From the human T2T-CHM13v2.0 reference genome, Homo sapiens: 64,000 bases of DNA. This document shows, piece by piece, positions 54,724 through 64,000 of this stretch. Where the stretch lies: the NCBI RefSeq assembly GCF_009914755.1, contig NC_060931.1, one strand, 5' to 3'. The position numbers and the translations under genes were made by a program. Positions within the stretch are counted from its first letter, which is position 1. Every line of letters begins with the position of its first letter. The notes under the pieces were generated by a model. It was not told the origin of the DNA, did not search any database, and worked only from the letters and a program-made list of their open reading frames with translations.

Positions 54724-57331
54724 GTTTTCTTTATGGAGCTTAAGTTGTTCTATCATTTCCACGTGACCACAAGAACAACAACATTTATAACTAATCAGTA
54801 GGAACAAGGGGGCAGATTTAGATAATTTTAATAACAAAAAATGTTTCCACTATGAACAGGAATGGACACATAAACAACATAAACCAAGATGCAGTGGCAA
54901 AGTAATGCCTTTCCTGGGGCAGCAAAATTTATCCATACTGACTAGCTACACTGAAACTGGTCTTATTGCAGGAGATGGCCTAAATGACCCCATGAGCCCT
55001 AAGACTCAATGAAATATCCTGCAAAATGCACTGCATTAAAAAACAACAACAACAAAACACCACCACAATACGGTAGTCTATTGTGTACCTTTCATTCTCT
55101 AATCACTCAGGTTTCAAATGCATGGCTTGCAATCATTTATTTTTTAATAAATCATTGTTGGTTGGTGAAAAAATGAAAGTGAAATCCTCTTCACACCAGT
55201 GACCCCTTTGCATTTAACAATCTTGGTTGTCCAATGACAGTCACATCCAGGATTCTTGGATGTAGATAAAATCAATAGGTATGTGATTAGATAGCAGACT
55301 CAGGGTGGCTAGAGCCATAGACAGGTCACCATTTGAGATGATGAATGGCTTTCTATCAACCTATAGTCCCCTACGATGCTAACATTTACTATAATCTTAT
55401 TTGGGCTACGATTTATCTTTCTTGCACCTGATCAATAAAGATGAACAGAACAGTTGTAAGGATCGATTGTAATTTTTTATCATTTTCAAGCACAAAGGTG
55501 CATTTCTGACATGAAGACAATATTCTAAGTGTACTGCTGCTGCATTTTATAAAATTGCAATTTGAGTGATCAACTGTAATTGTCTATATGCCGAGAGGTT
55601 TTAACTCCTCTGTAGGTCTCAAGCTATCAAAAAACCATTTGTCATCTCAGATACTTAACTTAAGGTTATGTCACACCTTCCTATCTGTTTCACTTATAAG
55701 ATTTTCTTCCCTTAAAATACACACCAGTCACAACAGGCTCTTTTGCAATGTTTGGTGTAATCCTTCCTTTGAACCCTTCTAACAAAGAATGTAGCAAAAA
55801 GGCAGTTACTAATCACTAACAATAGTTACTCTCACTAAAGATGAGAAACTCCCAAATTACTCTAATGAACTGTTGAGTGGGTATTATGTTACTGAACTAT
55901 CTATTAAAATGCTGGCTAAGCAATAACATCTTAATTAATACTTTTGCTTAGTTTAAGCACTGGAACTGTAATATCTGGAGAGAGACAGGACTAAGCTGAC
56001 AGATCTGGTTTCTGGTTCTGTTCTGTGACCTTGAGCAGGTCTTTAATCTCCCCCAGCTTCCCTTCCAGTGTTCCTAACCCATCGAGTATGGATGATAATA
56101 TTAGCCCTGCTTATTTCTGCCAAAGCTGTTGAAGAAATCAAATAAGATAGGCAAGAGAGCTGTGAAATCTGTTAAATGTTTTCACAGAGTACATCAACAT
56201 CTCAATAAAATAATTTTGGAGGAAAATAATTAGGGTAATTCCATTCTAGGTATAGATTCTAAATGGTAAAAAGTAAGTATTACTTGTTTTATTAACAATG
56301 TGCACAAAAGCAACAGTTTGCCATAATACAAATTAGTCAGTTCCTCTCTGCTTTGCCATGCCAAATGCAGTAAAATTATTACTAATTTTGTTAACTTTCC
56401 TATAGGATGTTAAAACACACACACACAATCACACACACACACACACGCAATCACACACAAAACCCAGTACCTGTGTTGCTTGAAAACTTAGCACATAGTT
56501 CTCAAATTAAAGCTTTAGGCTTTATGTATGCTCCATACTTCCACCTCAGCAACCAGTTTCCCATATTGCATAAATCTTTCCAACAAAGAAAAGTCCCCAG
56601 GAGGTAACATCATGTAACAACCAAGGGAATAAACACAAGTATTCTCAAGATCTATGTGTAGACAGTGTTTAATTCATTATTTAAGTATTCACTTATCTGT
56701 GAAAGAAAATTAAATTCTTACTGTCCTAATAACATCCATCTTTGGGAATCAGATGCTCAAGAAGCTTTCCATCTGACATGGGAGAAAAGAACAATTATTA
56801 TCATGGAAAGTCACAAATGCCGAGTTAAAAGTCATAGATAAGTGTTACTGGAGTTCAGAAAGAGTAGAGATCTCCTTTGGCCTCAGAAGACACTTTTACA
56901 AATGGACAGAACTCATTCAAAAAAAAAAAACAAACAACAACAACAACAAAAAAAAAACAACCAACCCAACAAAAAACACTCATTCTGTTTTCCAATGAGA
57001 GAACGGATAACTACTGGGTATTCGTACAGTGAAAATCTACAAAGTAAAGGAATGAATTAGACAAACATGCAGAGCAAAAAAGTGGTAGATCTGATCAGTA
57101 CGATGCACCTTATGCCAAGATTGGAAAAGTGAAAAGTAATGAACAAGAATAGTAAACACCAAGTTCCACTGATGATCTCCGAGTGGCAGCAGTCATGTGG
57201 TGTGGTGGAAGTGCACAAAAGGAGCAGGATGCCACAAAGTATGGGAACACGGGCTTTGCTGGGTTGCTATATTTTTAAAAATGAGGTGTGGGCGTGCAGC
57301 TAGTCATTACATTGGCTTAAAATATTTTATA

Positions 57332-57641
<310 letters not shown>

Positions 57642-57844
57642 TTATAATACAGACAAAAATTGTATTACTCCCACCTCCCTCCAAAGGGGTTAACAATACA
57701 AGATTTTGTTTGGCTAGAATATAAAAGTGTATTGGGCAGGGCGGGCACATCCTGAAAAGGTTGGCTAAGTGGGGATTTTATATATTCTTGAATACTAAAC
57801 TGTTGCAGTGTATACACAATACTAAGCAAATATACTCTCTTCAT

Positions 57845-58905
<1,061 letters not shown>

Positions 58906-59533
58906 GTTTCTAGAACAATGCGAGAATAATATAGTATTTAGCTTGCCATTCAAAGTGAAAAAAAATCAGTGTTTTTGAAGAATGATGGCAAATAACCACT
59001 TTTCATAATTAAATATAGCTATAATCTTTACAAAGGTACTCCAAATTAGTGATTCTGCCAATGTTGTTGGCAGATCACTGGTGGACCCCAAACTCCTCCA
59101 AGAACTCTGTCTTCACACATTGCCTAGCAACACCACAATGTTCCTACCCTGAATGGGTACTGAGAGGTAGGAGCACAACTATTTTCAGAAAGGTTGCTTT
59201 TGTTATCTCTGTTGTCTTGAGATGGTAATAGGTTGCACATGCTGCTATCTTGTTTATTAATTATAGATGACTGTTACTTTAATGTCATCTGTTTTCTTTG
59301 GTTAACCCTGCAGTTCGTAGTAGGATATATATCAATTTGTCTGATCATTTACTAATAGCTGAATTGTAAGACTTGTATGATCTGTGCTCAAATAAGGAAC
59401 AACCACATTCCTATTTCCAAAGAAGATGTGTACATTCCCTCCCAAATTTGTTAAGAGTAATTACTTACAGTATATGGAATGGGGAAGAAATCCATTAAGA
59501 TGACCTTAAAAAGATAAATAAAGAGAACAAACG

Positions 59534-59828
59534 GGCCGGGCGAAGTGGCTCACGCCTGTAATCCCAACACCTTGGGAAGCTAAGGCGGGCGGATCACTTG
59601 AGGCCAGGAATTCAAGACCAGCCAGGATAACGTGGTGAAACCTCATCTCTACTAAAAATACAAATTAGCCAGCTGTGGTTGCAGGTACCTGTAGTCCCTG
59701 CTACTCGGCTGGCTGAGGTATGAGAATTGCTTGAACCCAGGAGTCAGAGGTTGCAGTGAGCCAAGATTGTGCCACTGCACTCCAGCCTTGGCGACAGAGC
59801 AAGACCTGTCTCAAAAAAAACAAAAAAA
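59534..59828 (+). mobile_element. AluS, full length
   Basis: ggccgggcgaagtggctcacgcctgtaatccc start; A-rich tail. Confidence 0.93.
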
Positions 59829-60584
59829 TGTGGAGAAAGAAAGATGTCCATGATCTTACAAGGTGGTCTAAGGTGATCTTCTAATGAATAATCATTTTTT
59901 TGTGTGTAACAACATATCACTTCTGTGCCTATAAGGTCCTTTACAGTCTAAAATAAAAACTATCTTCATTCATATTCACTCTGCATATTGTCCTGCCCCA
60001 TAAACAGCAGAAAAAATACTTGACATGATTTGTCCAATGGTACGGTTAATGTAAATTTGTGGCAGGTACATGTGATTTAATTCAAATATCAAAGGTGTGA
60101 TTTAATAATTTCTTTCTTTAAAACAGAAAGTCTTATTGTTTGATATAAGCATAAAACATGTTTTCCATCAAGACTCTTTGAGAAGGTAGATCTCATAAAT
60201 TTAAAGTAGAATGACAGTACCTCTTAGATGTGTTAGCACTATCAACCATCTGATAAAGACTTGCACATCCTTGTCAAAGATAAGCCAAGTAAGCTCCTAG
60301 GAGGTAAACTATATCTAAAACAACAATATAATTCTCTATATTTGGAAGATATTTCTGTCACCTATTTTAATAGACAAGGCATCATTGGAAACAATAGGTA
60401 TTTTGATTTTCTGTATTAAAACACATTCCAATCTAAGGCACCATGGATCAATTACTGAAAACATGGGCAACAAACTGTGTGGGGAGACTGAATGCTCCAT
60501 TGTACATACTTTTTAATACGTTTCCTGTAAAACCTATGCATATGTCGTCCACAGAACTCCGCACTTAGGTGGGCGATTGTTAGC

Positions 60585-60810
60585 AGTACAGCATGGTGGT
60601 TAAGAACATGGACTTTGGAGCCAGATGGCCAAATCATGGCCCTACCCTTGTGAAACTGAGTAAGTTACTTAACCTCAACAGTTACTTTTCCTCTGTAAAA
60701 CAGGACTAGTGTAACAATGATTACCTAATAGGATTCTCTGGGGATTAAATAAGGTAATATATGTAAAACTCTTTGTAGCACCAGGGACTTAGGAATGTGA
60801 CCTATTATTA
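60585..60810 (+). mobile_element. MIR SINE
   Basis: cagcatggtggttaagaacatggactttggagccaga...taagttacttaacctc...ctgtaaaa...ggattaaat. Confidence 0.85.
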
Positions 60811-61566
60811 AAAATTATTTGAACAGGGGGAAAAAAACTGTATAGTGTGGGGTGGGGTGGTTTTTTAAAAAAGCCATTTTAATAAAAATTTAAATCTGTA
60901 AAACAAAAGCCTATTCTTCCATTAACCAGACATTGGTGAATGTTGCTCACACTGCTTACCTGTTCTGTTTTTCTGTTCCTTAAGACGGATGGGAAATATG
61001 AAGACAATAGTGGACCAGTGTCAGGAGCGTTAATAGCTACGGAATTAACTAACCAGCCCATATAAAAAAATCAAACCAATAACATTTGACCTTATCACTA
61101 ATGAAATCCAATTAACTACATTGAACAGCCAAAGTACTTTAATGCCAAGACTTCCCAAGGCCTTGCTTTTTACTCTATATGTGAATCTCTAAGATGAGAA
61201 CTACTGTTCATGATTCTCAAACTGATTTGCTCATGGAGCATCTTGAGGGAAGAGAATCTCCTAAAATGGTCCATGAGAAACGCCAGATTAAAGAAAAGTC
61301 CAACCACATGTCAATCCTGTACTTTCCGGCATGCAACTTTTCTTTTCTCAAAGCGGCATTTTCTTATGGGTTATTTTTTAAACTGATGTTCAAAAGGTAA
61401 TTGGCAATATTGAAAAATGATTCCACAACTGATGAAGATTGATGGTATCACCTTTTATTCAGTATTAATAAAGAAGGGCATGCTATTATCTTGAATTTTA
61501 AAAATCTGAGATGAAATCCTCTAAGAAAATTATTGCTATACCCTCCCCTGTTCTCTCAGAACCCAG

Positions 61567-62012
61567 TGGTAGATGGCAAAAATGGCCACCATGCTTTACT
61601 CTTTTCTATATCCGTGACCCCAGCAACATGACTTCACAGCTTCTCTCATGATGAGAGTATGGAGTTTACTTCCCCATCCCTTCAGTCTGGGCTGTGTTTG
61701 TGTCTTGCTCTGGGCACCAGAATACAACAACAGTGATGGTGTACCAGTTTCAAACCTGGGCCTCTCTCTTGCAACCCTGCACAGGGCCATGTCAATCACC
61801 CCAGGCTAGCCTGCAAGCGGGAGAGAGACTACAGGCTATCTATGGTGAGGACAGCCTAGAGCAGCCAAACCTCAGCCAACTCAGCAGGAGTGAGCCCAGC
61901 TGATAACAGTCCAAATTGGTAACCTGCAGAATCAGGATGTGAGTAAAATGGTAGCTGTTTTAAGCCACTAAGTTTGTGGTAGTTCATTATATAGTAAAAG
62001 CTAACTGATTAT
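61567..62012 (+). mobile_element. MaLR LTR (MLT1-family)
   Basis: tggtagatggcaaaaatggccac start; tgttttaagccactaagtttgtggtagtt...agctaactga end. Confidence 0.82.
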
Positions 62013-62439
62013 GCTCCTTCTCTGTGTTCTTACAAAGAAGAGACTTTTATAACTTACCACACTGTACCAACATGTATTTCTGTGTGGTCCCCACCTAGTC
62101 CATAAGCTCCATAAGCATACCTAGGAGTAGGTATCTTGTCCTATTCATCATTATACCTAGAGCACTCAGCAAACTACATGACACACAAACTCACAGAAAT
62201 AATGTTAGAGTGACACCTGCAATTCTAAACAGCACTTCAACTGTTGCTCATATTTAAAACAGGATGGGATAGAGACAAGTCTAAAGTAAATGAAATAATG
62301 TTATAATGAGGATGAAAAGAAATACTACCTTTATTATATCTACTACAAATTGACAAACACTTCAGCCTGCAATGCTACCACAAAAAGGAAATGTATATCA
62401 CTTAAGATGTGTTCAACTACAATAATAGTACAGTAACAG

Positions 62440-62860
62440 TTGAAGCTCGAAACAGTAGCTTAAACAAGTAAGGGGTTTATTTTTCTCGTGTAATAAGAAA
62501 TCTGGATGGGAAACTCAGGGCTGATATAACTATGCAAGTGTATCAACAAATAACTAGGCCCCCTCTTCTGTCTTCCCTTGTAGCCACCCCGAGCAGTTGA
62601 CTTCTGTCTTCATGGTTCAAGGTAGCTACTGCACCTGCAGTTATTATGCCCATGTCCTCAGGGTGGAGGAAGGGGGAGGTCCAGAGATTCGTACTTCCAC
62701 CCCTTCGGCTACAATTATATCATGCAAAGGAGGCTGGGAATCCCAGCTGCAAAGGAGGCTAGGAAATTGATTATTTTTGTTTTCTCACTTCTAGGGTAAA
62801 GAAGAAGGAAGAAAGAATTTGGAATGGGTGTTTACTGAGCAAATTTATTGTACCTGCCAC
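62440..62860 (-). mobile_element. Old MaLR LTR (MLT1J/K-like)
   Basis: cagtagcttaaacaagtaaggggtttattt...ctgcaaaggaggctgggaa motifs. Confidence 0.65.
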
Positions 62861-64000
62861 AGAGAGCTGAGGTGACAGCACAAAATCAAGTACAAAACAA
62901 AGTGGTTGATTTTAGATGCAAGTATTCCAATATTTCTTTCCAATCTCTCCTTAAACTAATTTGGGGTATGGGGGGGATTTACCCATCTGGTATCTTCATC
63001 CCCAAGAACAAAGTTTCTAGACCGTACGGAAGGAAACGAGAATCAACAAGAGTGGGCATCATTCCCAAGTTTCTCTGGGCTGGCCGTGGCCCAGGATTTT
63101 GAATGTGCGATACACTGCCATTTTCCATTTTCAGAAAGTCTCACTTTTAAAAGTGTATATTAAAATGCACATGCACAGATACACATTATTGCTCGATTTG
63201 AAAACTATCTGTTTTCAAGTTCTAAATTTGATCAAAAGAAAACATGCACATACACACACAGTATTCGTGCAATATTTTCTCAGATTCTGAATCTTGTTTT
63301 ATTATAACTAGTATGATCATACCCGTCGCATGTACAAAAAGAACAAATCAAAGAGGTCATAAGAAAAATGTAACTGGCTCTTGTCAGTTCTTTTATAGAA
63401 TGCTTCATATGGAGATTAGGGCATGACTATGTAACACATGAGGGCTGAAGTACAATTTAAATTCTGGTGGCCTGACACTATTTCCCGGAAAAGAACAAGA
63501 CGATTGCCTGTCCATTCAAGGATGGTGGCAACTCCACAGATCCTTAGCACCAAGAGAATGGTGGCAGAAACAAGTCTGGTCCTGTACCTTCAAGGTACAA
63601 TACCACACTGGCTGAAGGTGAGACTGTCCTGTGTCTAAACTGGTCTATAGTTACTGCTAACAACTGCAGGCCTCTTCTTCCTCCTACAACACAAGCAAAC
63701 ACAAGTGTCACTCTAGGTGGCAGCCAATTCCAACAAAGAGGTCCAGGGTGCCACAAACACCAATGTCAAATAACGGCAGTTCCCATTGTTGAGTAGCCAG
63801 ATTCAAAAGTCTTAATTATAGTTTTTGTTATAATCCTCACCCAGGAACTATGATACATAATCAGCTAGATGTAGGCAAGTATGTTTTCCCAAAGGTGAGA
63901 GTTAAGCACTTGGGGACCCAATTTAATGCTGCATTAATTGCTGCGCAGATACAATTCCAGGCACAGAAGCTCTGAAACAGTTATTTACTCAGTGGCATCA

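Overview
Primate, almost certainly human, genomic DNA (it carries Alu/L1/L2/MIR/MER/MaLR repeats, including a human-specific AluYb-family copy). The window holds the 3' part of CHCHD3 (MIC19, a MICOS subunit) on the minus strand. Three coding exons (53916-53986, 11958-12093, 1153-1176) splice in frame with GT-AG ends and give ...SSEFYRVTTEQYQKAAEEVEAKFKRYESHPVC-x9-C...C-x9-CVNHAKQSMLEKGG*. A ~770-nt 3' UTR follows, with an AATAAA at 402-407. The rest is intron, and nearly all ORFs in the supplied track are spurious. I see no convincing new gene system. The most notable unexplained structures are: a near-perfect 47-55 bp non-transposon hairpin (19291-19410); an 80-bp inverted duplication with repair-type junction scars (8091-8728); several short local duplications, one inserted into an old L1; a near-consensus AluYb9; a twin-primed L1PA2-like insertion; and a 3'-truncated U2 snRNA retrocopy. 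Repeat subfamily names are from memory of consensus sequences and boundaries of old repeats are approximate.
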